From: Kangiellaceae bacterium
GTDB lineage: Bacteria > Pseudomonadota > Gammaproteobacteria > Enterobacterales > Kangiellaceae
Assembly: GCA_965230525.1 (NCBI GenBank)
Contig: OZ246008.1
Coordinates: 903,251 to 967,250, forward strand
Reading direction: 5' to 3'
Length of the DNA stretch: 64,000 bases
A program made the translations under genes and the position numbers. Every line of letters starts with the position of its first letter. Position 1 is the stretch's first letter. The notes beneath the pieces are model-generated. The model was not told the DNA's origin. It did not search any database and worked only from the letters and a program-made list of their open reading frames with translations. Of the stretch, positions 47,093-56,764 are shown piece by piece.

Positions 47093-48328
47093 CTAGGCCG
47101 TTGCTTTTGAATCCGACTGCACAGTTTTAATTGAGTCGTCTTTGTCTTTGTTTTTCAAATAGCTTTTATTCACTCTGGCAATCACTAGAGCACCTAGCGC
47201 TGCTGAGAATAGTGACCCGACTAACACGCCTACTTTCACGCTTTCTTGTAAAAATAAACCGTTATGTTCGAAAGCCAAGGTACCGATAAATAAGCTCATG
47301 GTGAAACCGATTCCGCAAAGTAAACATACACCGTAAAGTTGCGACCAATTGGTGCCCTCGGGTAATCGAGTTAGCTTCAATTGCACTGCCAACCAGCAAG
47401 CGCCAAATATACCAACTTGTTTACCAACGAATAATCCAAGAGCAATACCAATGGTCACCGGGTTGAGTAAAGTCTCCATGCTCGCACCAGTTAAATTAAC
47501 ACCCGCATTGGCAAACGCGAATACGGGTAAAATAAAGAAAGTAACCCAAGGGTGAAGTGAGTGTTCAATGCTTTCCAGCATCGAGTCTTCATCGGAATCA
47601 GACTTAGACATTAGCGGAATAAACCAGGCTACCGCAAAACCGGCCAAGGTTGCATGCACCCCTGATTTTAAAACTGCCGCCCAAACGACTAAACCAATTA
47701 GAATGTAGGCAGCTTTAATATGGAGATTAAAAAAGTTTAGAACAAACAAACCGACTATACCGATGGAGGCCACCAAGATCGAAATCATTGAAAGGTCTTC
47801 AGAATAAAACAAGGCGATTATGACTACCGCCGCAATGTCATCGAAGATTGCAACCGATAATAAAAACAGCTTTAAAGAAAGTGGAAGGTGCTTTCCAAAA
47901 ATAACAAACACACCCAATGCAAAAGCGATATCCGTGGCGGAAGGGATTGCCCAGCCGTTAGCTGCAATGGGATCCTCCGCATTGAAAAACATGTAGATTA
48001 ATGCTGGCGCAACAATTCCAGCAACGGCTGCAATCAGTGGCAAAACCAGTTGCTTTGCATCTGAAAGTTGACCATTGAGTACTTCGCGCTTTATCTCCAG
48101 TCCAACTAAAAAGAAGAAGAGTGCCATTAAGCCATCGTTAACCCAAAGTAGCAAACCCTTATCAATTACAAATGTACCAATGCTAAACACCACTGGAATG
48201 TCTAACAATGACTTATACCAATCTTGCGCAGGTGAGTTTGCGATAATCATTGCAAGCACTGCGGCCACGACTAAGAAAATGCCGCCAGACGCCTCGCTTC
48301 GAAATAGATATTTAACTTTATTAACCAC
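47093..48328 (-). CDS. nhaA: Na+/H+ antiporter NhaA
   Basis: Contains FFFLVGLEIKRE, IPSATDIAFALGV and LLSVAIFDDI(A)AV, which are hallmark NhaA motifs. Confidence 0.92.
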   Translation of the reverse strand: MVNKVKYLFRSEASGGIFLVVAAVLAMIIANSPAQDWYKSLLDIPVVFSIGTFVIDKGLLLWVNDGLMALFFFLVGLEIKREVLNGQLSDAKQLVLPLIAAVAGIVAPALIYMFFNAEDPIAANGWAIPSATDIAFALGVFVIFGKHLPLSLKLFLLSVAIFDDIAAVVIIALFYSEDLSMISILVASIGIVGLFVLNFFNLHIKAAYILIGLVVWAAVLKSGVHATLAGFAVAWFIPLMSKSDSDEDSMLESIEHSLHPWVTFFILPVFAFANAGVNLTGASMETLLNPVTIGIALGLFVGKQVGIFGACWLAVQLKLTRLPEGTNWSQLYGVCLLCGIGFTMSLFIGTLAFEHNGLFLQESVKVGVLVGSLFSAALGALVIARVNKSYLKNKDKDDSIKTVQSDSKATA

Positions 48329-48459
48329 GACAATATTTCCTTCTAATAGTTGTTGGTGAGCCTAGAGACTCACCATTCCTGAGTTAAAGCAAAAACACAG
48401 CTCTGATATCAAGGTGCCACCGAGTGAGCTGCAAATTTTGAACTGAACTAATATATACG

Positions 48460-48927
48460 CTAACTCGTGCTACATGGATACTTTTGTTGCAAAACTTCTT
48501 GCATCGCAGTTAAGGCACTTTGATCTTGGTATCTGGAAGCATCAATATTAGTAGCCACAGTTTTGATCACATCTGCAATGGTGACTGGATGGCCCAAACA
48601 GAACTGGCCGTTTGACTCATCACCTAAAGTTAAGTGAGGTACGCGAGCACCAATGCGGTTTTGGATCGCTCTTTCCTTAAATGATGATAACGGGCGATCG
48701 GCCTGTTGTTGGCTTTTGGCAATGTCTGCGTCCGCTGCGATAGCGCCATCAATAAATCCCTTTATGTAACGAGCACACTCCATACTTTCAGTGATTTGTG
48801 GCTGACTTTCGTAGTTTGCACAAAGTTGGCTCAATTGATCAGACGATAAAGGCTGAACCGCGTCGGCACGCATTGCGAGCAATGCCAGTGGAACTAATAT
48901 TAGAAGTGAAAAATATTTATTGAACAT
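48460..48927 (-). CDS. Secreted Rap1a/Tai-like (T6SS amidase-effector immunity family) protein, isolated
   Basis: Has a signal peptide. Contains LSQLC...ECARYIKGFIDGA ... GQFCLGHPVTIADVIKTV ... ALTAMQEVLQQKYPC. The spacing of 4 Cys and the C..Y..G..DG / FC..P...vt / ..(F/Y)PC pattern match my recollection of the Rap1a/Tai family. Confidence 0.45.
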   Translation of the reverse strand: MFNKYFSLLILVPLALLAMRADAVQPLSSDQLSQLCANYESQPQITESMECARYIKGFIDGAIAADADIAKSQQQADRPLSSFKERAIQNRIGARVPHLTLGDESNGQFCLGHPVTIADVIKTVATNIDASRYQDQSALTAMQEVLQQKYPCSTS

Positions 48928-49070
48928 AACTTACTCCTTAGTAAATTGATCTGTCTCTATTTAAAAACACGTACATTGACATTACGGTTGTATTAATGGG
49001 TCCAGTGGTTAGCCTGAGTAACCATTATGCGGCTTAATTTATATTTATAAAAATATATTTAAATTAAGGA

Positions 49071-49100
49071 TACTATTTATTATTATAAATGTATTAAGTC
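49071..49100 (+). promoter_or_regulatory. AT-rich block shared with 50223..50251 (candidate LysR operator/promoter)
   Basis: TACTATTTATTATTATAAATGTATTAAGTC shares the CTATTT.TTAT and ATGTATTA(A)GTC sub-motifs with the second block. It ends 24 nt before the LysR ATG. Confidence 0.35.
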
Positions 49101-49124
49101 CTAAGATTTGGGAGTTATAACCTT

Positions 49125-50096
49125 ATGCCACTGCCCCATTCCAGATTTCATGCGCGCTTAGGCACTTTTAGACAACTCGAAATTTTCGTTAAGTTTGCTG
49201 AAACCGGCAGTATTAGTCAGACCGCTCAAGAGCTTCATTTAGCTCAACCTTCGGTGTCAATCCAATTGAAAAAGCTGTCGGATAATTTAAATGTGGCGCT
49301 GCTAGAGCAAATAGGTCGCAAGCTCTATTTAACTGATGCGGGGCGAGAGCTTTACGCCAGCTCAATGGAAATATTCGATGCCGTCGGCCGATTAGAAAGT
49401 CGGCTTGGCAGTCTCTCTGGATTGCAAGCCGGTCTCCTTAAACTTTCGGTTGTGACAACCGCTAAGTATTTCTTTCCGCATTTGCTGGGGCCATTTTGTC
49501 GGCTATATCCGAATATTGAAGTGACTTTTAACATCGGCAATCGAGGCTCCATGATCCAGCGTTTAAGAGAAAACAAAGATGATTTTTATGTGTTTAGCCA
49601 TCCGCCGGAAGACATTGATATTGAAACGCTGGAGTTTGTAAAAAACCCACTTGTGGTGGTGGCTCCAGCCGATCATCCGCTTGCCAATAAGAAAAATATT
49701 GATTTCGCAGCACTAGCGGATGAGCCCTTCATAATGCGGGAACCAGGATCAGGAACGCGTCATTCAGTAGAGAAATATTTGCTGGATTCTGGGCACAGCA
49801 TCAACGAAAAGATGACCATTGAAAGTAATGAAGCGATTAAACACTCGGTAATGTCGGGACTTGGTTTGTCGATTCTTTCAGTTCACACATTGGCCCAAGA
49901 AAGCAATAAGGATATTTCGATATTGGATATCAAAGAGTTTCCAATGCAATTTAAGTGGTACTTAGTCTATCTTAGAAACAAACAGCTCTCGGACATTGCA
50001 ACCACTTTTCTCAATTTCTTGAAAAGTGATGGCAGTGAAATTGCCGCCGAACTCTTGCAAAACTCACCGGCAAAAGACTATATCGACACTCTATAA
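49125..50096 (+). CDS. LysR-family transcriptional regulator
   Basis: Has the N-terminal HTH FRQLEIFVKFAETGSISQTAQELHLAQPSVSIQLKKL plus a LysR substrate-binding domain. Confidence 0.9.
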   Translation: MPLPHSRFHARLGTFRQLEIFVKFAETGSISQTAQELHLAQPSVSIQLKKLSDNLNVALLEQIGRKLYLTDAGRELYASSMEIFDAVGRLESRLGSLSGLQAGLLKLSVVTTAKYFFPHLLGPFCRLYPNIEVTFNIGNRGSMIQRLRENKDDFYVFSHPPEDIDIETLEFVKNPLVVVAPADHPLANKKNIDFAALADEPFIMREPGSGTRHSVEKYLLDSGHSINEKMTIESNEAIKHSVMSGLGLSILSVHTLAQESNKDISILDIKEFPMQFKWYLVYLRNKQLSDIATTFLNFLKSDGSEIAAELLQNSPAKDYIDTL

Positions 50097-50222
50097 TTAC
50101 TTTTTTCAGATCCGCTCATTAACTTAGCCAAGCTAATTAAAAACAATGAACCCCTTAAAACCTTAGCTCTCACCTCTGCAATATCCAATATATAGATTTA
50201 TATAAATATTAATAGCAAATAG

Positions 50223-50251
50223 ATTCTATTTTTATCTATGTATTAGTCGTG
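50223..50251 (+). promoter_or_regulatory. Second copy of the AT-rich block, upstream of the sbtA-like/purEK unit
   Basis: ATTCTATTTTTATCTATGTATTAGTCGTG. Confidence 0.35.
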
Positions 50252-50298
50252 AAAGAATATCCTCATTGAATCCACTGACTGAGGAATATGAGGCTCTC

Positions 50299-50505
50299 AT
50301 GACCAATTCTCAATTTATCTTTTGTTTTTTCGCCGGCAGCCTATTGCTCGCCATTGGTTTGTTGACAACAACGCTGTTATCGACCAATTGGTTTTTCGTG
50401 GCAATAGGCGGCTGCTTATGTTTGCTCAGCCTGTTGCAATTTAAGCGTGCACAACCAAAACGCTTGTTGGCTAGGACACCTAAGTCACTCCCTCAACAAA
50501 AGTGA
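50299..50505 (+). CDS. Small two-TM membrane protein (uncertain)
   Basis: The ATG at 50299 follows GAGG. It has two hydrophobic helices and a basic tail. I recognise no family. Confidence 0.35.
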   Translation: MTNSQFIFCFFAGSLLLAIGLLTTTLLSTNWFFVAIGGCLCLLSLLQFKRAQPKRLLARTPKSLPQQK

Positions 50506-50540
50506 GTTGTCACTTTATACCTGACTAGAGGAAAAAAGAA

Positions 50541-51482
50541 GTGCAACTCGACATAATGATACTGTTTTTCATGCTCGGCGTAGCAGCGCGCTTAATCGGC
50601 TCTGAGTTAAAGTTACCAAAAGGTTTATATCAAGCAATAAGCCTGTTCTTGATGTTGGCAATAGGCTTAAAAGGCGGTATGGCGCTAGCGGAGCACCTGT
50701 CATTTGAATTGATTACTCAGTCTTTAACCATCATGTTGCTGGGACTAATTTTTCCACTCATCGCGTTTCCAATTTTGAATAGAGTCGGCGCATTTTCCAA
50801 GAATGATTCAGCCGCCATTGCAGCGCATTTTGGCTCGGTGAGCATTGGAACCTTTGCAGTGGCAATTGCATTGTTAGAGTCGCGCAATATCCCTTATGAA
50901 ACTTATTTTCCATTGTTTGTTGTGTTGCTGGAATTTCCCGCCATTATTGTCGGATTTTTACTCGCTAAGGACAAAAACTCCAATGTGTCGATGTCGGAGT
51001 GGGGAAAAGAAATCATTAGTAACCAGAGTATGATTTTGCTCTTCGGCGGCTTGCTCATCGGTTTGATTGCGGGTGACCAAGCGACCAAAGTGATGCCACT
51101 GTTTAATGATTTATTCTACGGGGTGTTAGCGCTATTTCTTCTTGAAATGGGCATCGTGGCTGCAGAACGAATCAAAGATCTAAAACAAAACGGACTCTTC
51201 TTAACAGCTTTTTCAATGGTAATGCCAATTATTAATGGTGTAATCGGAGGAGCGGTTGGCGCGCTGCTTGGCTTCACCGCGGGAGGTATTTTCCTAACCA
51301 TTGTTTTGAGTGCGAGTGTTTCTTACATCGCCGTTCCTGTTGCAATGAAAAGTCTACTGCCGAGTGCAAATCACTCACTGGGTTTGACCGCATCGCTCGG
51401 TGTCGCCTTCCCATTTAACATTGTTATTGGCTTACCTTTGTACTGGCTAATGGCAAGCTGGTTGTTTAGTTTTGTTTCGTAA
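50541..51482 (+). CDS. SbtA-like sodium-dependent bicarbonate transporter family permease
   Basis: GTG start after GAGGAAAAAAG. Colinear with cyanobacterial SbtA (LMLAIGLKGGMAL; AAHFGSVSIGTFAVAIALLE; LPSANHSLGLTASLGVAFPFNIVIGLPLY). It lacks the long cytoplasmic loop. Confidence 0.7.
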   Translation: MQLDIMILFFMLGVAARLIGSELKLPKGLYQAISLFLMLAIGLKGGMALAEHLSFELITQSLTIMLLGLIFPLIAFPILNRVGAFSKNDSAAIAAHFGSVSIGTFAVAIALLESRNIPYETYFPLFVVLLEFPAIIVGFLLAKDKNSNVSMSEWGKEIISNQSMILLFGGLLIGLIAGDQATKVMPLFNDLFYGVLALFLLEMGIVAAERIKDLKQNGLFLTAFSMVMPIINGVIGGAVGALLGFTAGGIFLTIVLSASVSYIAVPVAMKSLLPSANHSLGLTASLGVAFPFNIVIGLPLYWLMASWLFSFVS

Positions 51483-51497
51483 TTTGGAGTTAATAAA

Positions 51498-51980
51498 ATG
51501 TCTAAACCATTAGTCAGTATCATCATGGGTTCGCAATCCGATTGGAGCACCATGCAAGAAGCAACAAACTTGCTGGATGCAATGCAAATCGCTTACGAAA
51601 CAAAAGTGGTGTCGGCGCATAGAACACCACAACGATTGTATGAGTTTGCTCAATCCGCCCAACAGCGCGGAGTTCAAGTAATTATCGCCGGTGCTGGTGG
51701 CGCGGCGCATCTTCCAGGAATGACGGCCGCTATGACTATCTTGCCGGTCATTGCGGTACCGGTGCAAAGTAAAGCACTTAATGGCATGGATAGTTTGCTC
51801 TCAATAGCACAGATGCCACGGGGCGTATGCGTCGCGACTCAAGCGATTGGTGGAGCTGGTGCATTTAATGCGGGTTTAATGGCAACTCAAATAATCGCCT
51901 TAAGTGATCAAAAAATTTCCGAAAAACTTAGCCTTTGGCGTGAACAACAAACCAGCGATGTCGCTGAGGAGGTAGCATAA
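51498..51980 (+). CDS. purE: N5-carboxyaminoimidazole ribonucleotide mutase PurE
   Basis: Contains [17 protein letters not shown] and [13 protein letters not shown] motifs. GGAG lies upstream, 15 nt after the transporter stop. Confidence 0.95.
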   Translation: MSKPLVSIIMGSQSDWSTMQEATNLLDAMQIAYETKVVSAHRTPQRLYEFAQSAQQRGVQVIIAGAGGAAHLPGMTAAMTILPVIAVPVQSKALNGMDSLLSIAQMPRGVCVATQAIGGAGAFNAGLMATQIIALSDQKISEKLSLWREQQTSDVAEEVA

Positions 51981-53188
51981 TGCATGTTGCAATTATTGGT
52001 TGTGGTCAACTCGCGAGATTACTCGCACAAGCTGGCAAAACATTAGGGATTAAAACTTCTTTCATAGCACTTGAAAATGAAGCAACTCAATGTGTTGAAG
52101 GTTTAGGGAGAATAATTCACTGGCATCGTCCCATGAGTATACAAGGTCTGCTCGACGCCCTGGATTATCCGGATGTAGTAACCGTAGAACGCGAAAATGT
52201 AGATATCCGGCTCATGCTCGAATTGTCGATGCATGTCAAAGTTTACCCATCCCCTGAAAGTGTGGCGACTTGTAAAAATCAATTGAAAGAAAAATTGGCA
52301 TTAGGGAAATTAAACATAGCGGCGACACCTTGGTTGTCGGCCACTGATGCAGATTCTGCCAAAAAAGCGGTGGATACCTTTGGATTGCCGGTACTGATCA
52401 AGGCGGCGGAAGAAGGCTACGATGGTAAAAATCAGTGGCATATAAAAACTCGTAAGCAGCTTCATAACCTGCTCAATCAAACGCCACAAATTAATTGGAT
52501 TATTGAGCCTAAAATAGATTTCATAAAAGAAGTTTCTCTGATCGGTACGCGTTCTGCCAATGGCGAATGTAAGTTTTATCCTCTAACCGAAAACCGCCAT
52601 CAACATGGAATTTTACGTTCCTCGATTGCTCCCGACCGGTCGGTGGATGAGTCGCTTGTTCAATCAATTGAAGCCGATCTAACAAAGCTTTTTGAGCACT
52701 GGCAATATGTGGGTGTTATGGCAATGGAATTGTTCTTGGTTCATGACGGATATTATGTCAATGAACTTGCGCCCAGAGTGCACAACAGTGGCCATTGGAC
52801 CGCCAATCAAGTGATTACCAGCCAATTTGAAAATCATTTACGAGCAATACTCGGTTTACCACTTGGACCAACTCACTTTAATCGCTTTGCGGGCATGGTT
52901 AATATTTTAGGGCAAACTGAAGTTAACCAATCTCAATTAGCTAACGACCCAGCAATCCTTGCCAAAGCCGATCGCGCTAGCCGAAAAGTTAAAAACAAGT
53001 TATCCGCAGGTGAAGTGTTTATTTACAACAAAACGCCCAGACCTAATCGTAAACTTGGGCACGTGAATTTGTTAGATGATGATCATCAAAGTTTGCTCAG
53101 AAAAATGGAGCAAACTGAAGCGGGTATCAACGGGTCAAATTTATTTGTAGCAAATAAAACAACTACTGTTAATGTGAGCACTTCCTAA
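51980..53188 (+). CDS. purK: N5-carboxyaminoimidazole ribonucleotide synthase PurK
   Basis: Has an ATP-grasp fold: IIGCGQLARLL, GYDGKNQW, ELAPRVHNSGHWT, RKLGHVNL. The start overlaps the purE stop (TAATG). Confidence 0.93.
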   Translation: MHVAIIGCGQLARLLAQAGKTLGIKTSFIALENEATQCVEGLGRIIHWHRPMSIQGLLDALDYPDVVTVERENVDIRLMLELSMHVKVYPSPESVATCKNQLKEKLALGKLNIAATPWLSATDADSAKKAVDTFGLPVLIKAAEEGYDGKNQWHIKTRKQLHNLLNQTPQINWIIEPKIDFIKEVSLIGTRSANGECKFYPLTENRHQHGILRSSIAPDRSVDESLVQSIEADLTKLFEHWQYVGVMAMELFLVHDGYYVNELAPRVHNSGHWTANQVITSQFENHLRAILGLPLGPTHFNRFAGMVNILGQTEVNQSQLANDPAILAKADRASRKVKNKLSAGEVFIYNKTPRPNRKLGHVNLLDDDHQSLLRKMEQTEAGINGSNLFVANKTTTVNVSTS

Positions 53189-53195
53189 CGCCAGA

Positions 53196-53858
53196 TTAAC
53201 CAATAGGATCAAATGCGCTGAGGAACTGTTTTAGCGCATTTGCTTCGTTAGGGTTTATTAGAACTTTATCTGAACTAACGCTTGCCAGTTCTGTAATTCC
53301 TTTTTGCCAGTGGACATCCACTGCCGGCGCTGGCTTGTCAAAATGAATGGTTAATTGTTCACTCTGAATAACGACCCATGCCTGCGCCACGGCTTTTTTC
53401 AGGTCGATTTGATCAGCTTGGTTATGCTTCATTTCACCCTGCAAATCGAATGCAACACAAAGTGTTAACCCTTGGCTTTTAGTTGGATTAAACAATGACT
53501 TTAAAGCGAGCAAATCCCACTCGGGTCGGTGCAAATAGTTTTCATCAGACAGCGAATCACTAAATTGCAAGCCCCATCGAATCAATCCTAAAACAGCTGG
53601 TTCGAGTGCTTTGCCGGTCGAAGTGAGTTGATAGTAGCTTTGTTGCTTTTCAATAATTTGCAACTCACTAAGCTCTTTCAGCCGTGTAGCTAGCAAATTA
53701 GTCCCCATCCCAAGCAAATTATTTAATAGCTCGCCATATCGACGGGGTTTGAGCAGTAGCTCCCGCACAATCAGCAAAGTCCAGCGTTCACTCAATATAT
53801 CAGCTGCAAAGGCTAGCGAGCAGTTTTGTTTATGGCTTCGTTTAATCATTGGACTCAA
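53196..53858 (-). CDS. HxlR-type winged-helix regulator with C-terminal extension
   Basis: Contains CSLAFAADILSERWTLLIVRELLLKPRRYGEL, the HxlR signature, plus about 110 extra C-terminal residues. Confidence 0.8.
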   Translation of the reverse strand: MSPMIKRSHKQNCSLAFAADILSERWTLLIVRELLLKPRRYGELLNNLLGMGTNLLATRLKELSELQIIEKQQSYYQLTSTGKALEPAVLGLIRWGLQFSDSLSDENYLHRPEWDLLALKSLFNPTKSQGLTLCVAFDLQGEMKHNQADQIDLKKAVAQAWVVIQSEQLTIHFDKPAPAVDVHWQKGITELASVSSDKVLINPNEANALKQFLSAFDPIG

Positions 53859-54004
53859 TTTAACATTCTACTATAGATTTTTAAAGTAAAATGCTCTATG
53901 ATTTAATATACTATATGTTTTTAAAGTATTTATTTCCAAATGGAATTATTTAAAGTGCGTATTCTTAAAGCATCTATACCAATTTTTAGCCATAAATCTA
54001 TGGA

Positions 54005-54424
54005 GTGTCGCGAATGTCAGTAAACCCTAAACTTAAATTAGCCTTTCGATTTAACGCTCTATTTTCTGCATCTTGTGCAACGGTCTTGCTTCTCACTGCA
54101 AATTGGTGGGCTAATCAGTTTGGTCTGGATGAAGTCATTTGGATATATCTTGCTGCGCTAGGCTTACTTTTGTTTGCAAGCTACTTAGTTTGGCTTTCCA
54201 CTACCCAACGTCAGCCAAAAGAGGCGGTTGTTAGCATTATTATTTCCGACTGGGCTTACGTTTTTGCTGCCCTGCTTGGTGTGGTAATCGGGTGGACGGT
54301 GATCAGTGCAATGGGGGTTGGTTTCTTAGTCATAACCTCAGTGGTGGTGGCTATTGCTGCCGAATGGCAACGGCGAGCGGCGTTTAATCTATCAATCACA
54401 AACAAGATTTCAAAGAATTCTTGA
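54005..54424 (+). CDS. Hypothetical 4-TM membrane protein
   Basis: Has a hydrophobic profile and is divergent from the HxlR regulator. The start may be ATG at 54014. Confidence 0.5.
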   Translation: MSRMSVNPKLKLAFRFNALFSASCATVLLLTANWWANQFGLDEVIWIYLAALGLLLFASYLVWLSTTQRQPKEAVVSIIISDWAYVFAALLGVVIGWTVISAMGVGFLVITSVVVAIAAEWQRRAAFNLSITNKISKNS

Positions 54425-54500
54425 GCAGCGATAGAAGAAATTTATTTCATTTTCAGTTATGGTGTTATCTCCCAAAATATCTTGGATTTAGAGGAACACC

Positions 54501-56339
54501 ATGCCACATTTGTTACCTGTTAAAGCGATCAAGCAATCTTTTCGTAAGTTTCTAATTTTTTTGTTTGCACTGGTATTAATCAGTTGTGGACAACAGCAGC
54601 AGCCAGAAGAGCAAACAGATGCAAAGTCTAAGGTTGAAACCAAACCAATGGCGCAGCTGGTGTTAAAAAATGCCAAAGTGTATAGCCTACGTTGGCCCGA
54701 CCCAAATCCAGATGGTACTCCCGCGGCCACAGCGCCTTATGATGGTGGCTGGCATCCCGATGCAACCGCAGTGGCAATAAGAGATGGCAAAATTATTTAT
54801 GTAGGTGATGATACTAAGCTCGGTGATTTTGTTGATGAAGCCACACAACAAATGGATATGCAGGGCGCAACCGTCATTCCTGGATTGATTGATTCGCATG
54901 TCCATGTTGAAGAACTTGGTGAAATGTTAAGACGCGTCAATTTGGTGGACGTTAAGTCACCACAAGAAGCCATTCAGCGAGCCAAAGTTTTCGAAAAGAA
55001 CTTGAGCGCAGATGAATGGTTGATTGGTCAAGGCTGGGATGAAGGGGCATGGGCAACTAATTATCCCAATCGACAGATCTTAGACCAAGCCTTCCCGACT
55101 CGTCCGGTAGTTTTTAAAAGCCTGCATGGCTTTGCGATTTGGGCAAATTCTAAAGCCCTTGAATTGATTGGCATTAATGACAAAACGCAAGCGCCCGTGG
55201 GTGGTGAAATTGTTCGTGATGAGAAATTTCAACCAACTGGAATTTTTCTTAACAACGCAACCAACTTAATTAAAGACGGGATCCCAAAGCCTACTGAATC
55301 AGAATTTAAACAATTTGTTTATGACGGCTTAGCCCAGCTAGCAAAAGATGGTTATGTTGCGGTTCATCAAGCAGGCGCAGCAACAGAGCATATGAACGCA
55401 TTTGAAAGTTTGCGGGCGGAAAATAATTTACCTATTCGAGTTTATGCGATGCTGTCGGCAAGAGATAAAGCACTCTCAAAAAAGTGGATCGAAAAAGGCC
55501 CATACACCGACCCCAAAGGTTGGTTAGATATTCGGTCGGTAAAAGCCTATTACGATGGAGCTTTAGGTAGCCGAGGCGCTAGACTACTAGAGCCCTATTC
55601 GGATTTGCCCGATCATAAAGGGGTTAGTGGTGACGGGTATGGCTTTGATGGTGATATTGTTAGAGATTTACTCAAAGCAGGTTTTCAGGTTGGGATTCAT
55701 GCAATCGGCGATGCCGGAAATCGTGAAACGTTAGATTACTTGGCGGCTATTTATAAAGATAACCCGCGAGTCAAAAATCAAAGAAATCGAATTGAACATG
55801 CACAAGTGCTCAGTGATCAAGATATTCCTCGCTTAGCAAAAATGTCGATTATTGCATCAATGGAACCACCGCATGCGGTAGAAGATAAGACTTGGGCTGA
55901 AGATCGTTTGGGTAGCAAAAGGATAAAAGGTGCTTACGCTTGGCGAAGCTTGCGCGAAGCCAATGTGCTGTTAACGTTTAATTCCGACTTACCGGGTTCT
56001 GATCATGATATTTTTTACGGGCTGCATTCGGCAATCACCCGTCAAGATAAACAATTTCAACCAGAAAATGGTTGGTATCCAGAGCAATCCATGACCGCAG
56101 AAGAAGCATTGCGAGGTTATACAGTATGGGCTGCATTCTCTGCATTTAGAGAAGAGCAAACCGGGGTACTCGATGTTGGTCGATGGGCTGATATTACCGT
56201 GCTGGATATTGACCCTATGCAGCTTGGAGAAACAGAGCCAAGCAAGTTGTTTCAGGGTAATGTGTTGATGACCATAGTAAACGGCAAAATTGTTTATCAG
56301 AATCAAGCTGCGAAAATGCCGGGTAATCAACAAAATTAG
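54501..56339 (+). CDS. Amidohydrolase-family (amidohydrolase 3 / YtcJ-like) metal hydrolase, lipoprotein
   Basis: GAGGA precedes the ATG. Has the lipobox LVLISC, PGLIDSHVHV (HxH), the IHAIGD motif, and a C-terminal ...GRWADITVLD. Confidence 0.85.
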   Translation: MPHLLPVKAIKQSFRKFLIFLFALVLISCGQQQQPEEQTDAKSKVETKPMAQLVLKNAKVYSLRWPDPNPDGTPAATAPYDGGWHPDATAVAIRDGKIIYVGDDTKLGDFVDEATQQMDMQGATVIPGLIDSHVHVEELGEMLRRVNLVDVKSPQEAIQRAKVFEKNLSADEWLIGQGWDEGAWATNYPNRQILDQAFPTRPVVFKSLHGFAIWANSKALELIGINDKTQAPVGGEIVRDEKFQPTGIFLNNATNLIKDGIPKPTESEFKQFVYDGLAQLAKDGYVAVHQAGAATEHMNAFESLRAENNLPIRVYAMLSARDKALSKKWIEKGPYTDPKGWLDIRSVKAYYDGALGSRGARLLEPYSDLPDHKGVSGDGYGFDGDIVRDLLKAGFQVGIHAIGDAGNRETLDYLAAIYKDNPRVKNQRNRIEHAQVLSDQDIPRLAKMSIIASMEPPHAVEDKTWAEDRLGSKRIKGAYAWRSLREANVLLTFNSDLPGSDHDIFYGLHSAITRQDKQFQPENGWYPEQSMTAEEALRGYTVWAAFSAFREEQTGVLDVGRWADITVLDIDPMQLGETEPSKLFQGNVLMTIVNGKIVYQNQAAKMPGNQQN

Positions 56340-56371
56340 TTTGACCAAACCAATTAGCGAGCGTCATCACA

Positions 56372-56749
56372 GTGGATCATAAACAAGCGAGAAAATATTT
56401 ACTGGACAAGCCTTTCTCTGAAGAAACTTTCCCATTCGGGCCAGACGTTTCAGTATTTAAAGTGAAAGGCAAAATGTTTGCAACGCTTGCCATCGGAAAA
56501 ATGGGTAACGGTGATGACCAAGGTAATCTGGATTGGTGGATGAACTTAAAATGTGACCCCGATGAAGCGTCTGCATTGAGGGATATTTTTAAATCGGTAA
56601 TCCCTGGTTACCATATGAATAAACGACTTTGGAACACCATCATTTTAGATGGCACGATTCCTAGTGGTGAAATTGAGCGAATGATTGATAATTCGTTTCA
56701 ATTAGTAGTGGACAAATTGCCGAAGAAGCAGCGACTAGGATTGCTGTAG
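56372..56749 (+). CDS. MmcQ/YjbR-family protein
   Basis: 125 aa. Contains ...FPFGPDVSVFKVKGKMFA ... PGYHMNKRLWNTI, typical of the YjbR fold family. GTG start. Confidence 0.65.
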   Translation: MDHKQARKYLLDKPFSEETFPFGPDVSVFKVKGKMFATLAIGKMGNGDDQGNLDWWMNLKCDPDEASALRDIFKSVIPGYHMNKRLWNTIILDGTIPSGEIERMIDNSFQLVVDKLPKKQRLGLL

Positions 56750-56764
56750 ATGCAATTTAGTGGA

